A stretch of DNA of 59,821 nucleotides from Thermoanaerobaculia bacterium. GTDB taxonomy: Bacteria > Acidobacteriota > Thermoanaerobaculia > Gp7-AA8. The position numbers and the translations under genes are program-made. The stretch is taken from contig DASWBH010000020.1 in the NCBI GenBank assembly GCA_036390755.1, forward strand, positions 1 to 59,821, read 5' to 3'. The notes under the pieces were generated by a model, which saw nothing but the letters and a program-made list of their open reading frames with translations, was not told where the DNA came from and did not search any database. Position 1 is the stretch's first letter, and each line of letters opens with the position of its first letter. Below, piece after piece: positions 59,752 through 59,821 of the stretch.

Positions 59752-59821
59752 CGCTGCGGCAGGTCAAGTAATGATCGCGGGATTGAGCGCGCGGAGCGCG
59801 GTCACGAACCGGGCCTTGTCG

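Noticed and set aside
1-59821. tRNA, rRNA, IS, prophage or integrase
   Set aside because: No recognisable motifs by eye and composition looks uniform; an Infernal/tRNAscan run would be needed to exclude small RNAs

Overview
High-GC bacterial window. Gene style (Oar-like TonB receptor, BlaI/M56 pair, MtrAB, split nuo operon) suggests Acidobacteriota, possibly Thermoanaerobaculia; this is inference. It holds about 54 protein genes. I found no rRNA, tRNA, CRISPR array or transposase. Content from left to right: (1) a complex I-like operon nuoA-B-C-D-H-I-J with no nuoEFG, in which both NuoB and NuoC carry a C-terminal copy of the same 4-Cys putative Fe-S domain, preceded by a MidA/NDUFAF7-type methyltransferase; (2) envelope and energy genes (two OmpA/YiaD-like proteins, a K+-independent-type membrane pyrophosphatase); (3) a decaheme MtrA/MtrB-type porin-cytochrome pair, sodC, and a Crp/Fnr-ric-ywiC nitrosative-stress module; (4) an M28-PDZ-TolB fusion, a deoxyhypusine synthase-like gene and blaI/M56; (5) a TetR-associated operon of TonB receptor, SDR, non-canonical KASIII, hydrolase and acyl-CoA ligase; (6) a roughly 12 kb island with six CRP-consensus boxes (TGTGA-N6-TCACA) in front of Cys-rich small proteins, two radical SAM genes, an orphan HypC with a degenerate formyltransferase, an Acg nitroreductase, PFOR and two Crp/Fnr genes. 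Four- to five-unit heptamer arrays and REP-like palindromes recur, several of them in frame inside genes. Best candidates for undescribed biology are the twin Fe-S-tailed NuoB/NuoC complex and the CRP-box-marked HypC/formyltransferase island. No database searches were run; family calls rest on recognised motifs.
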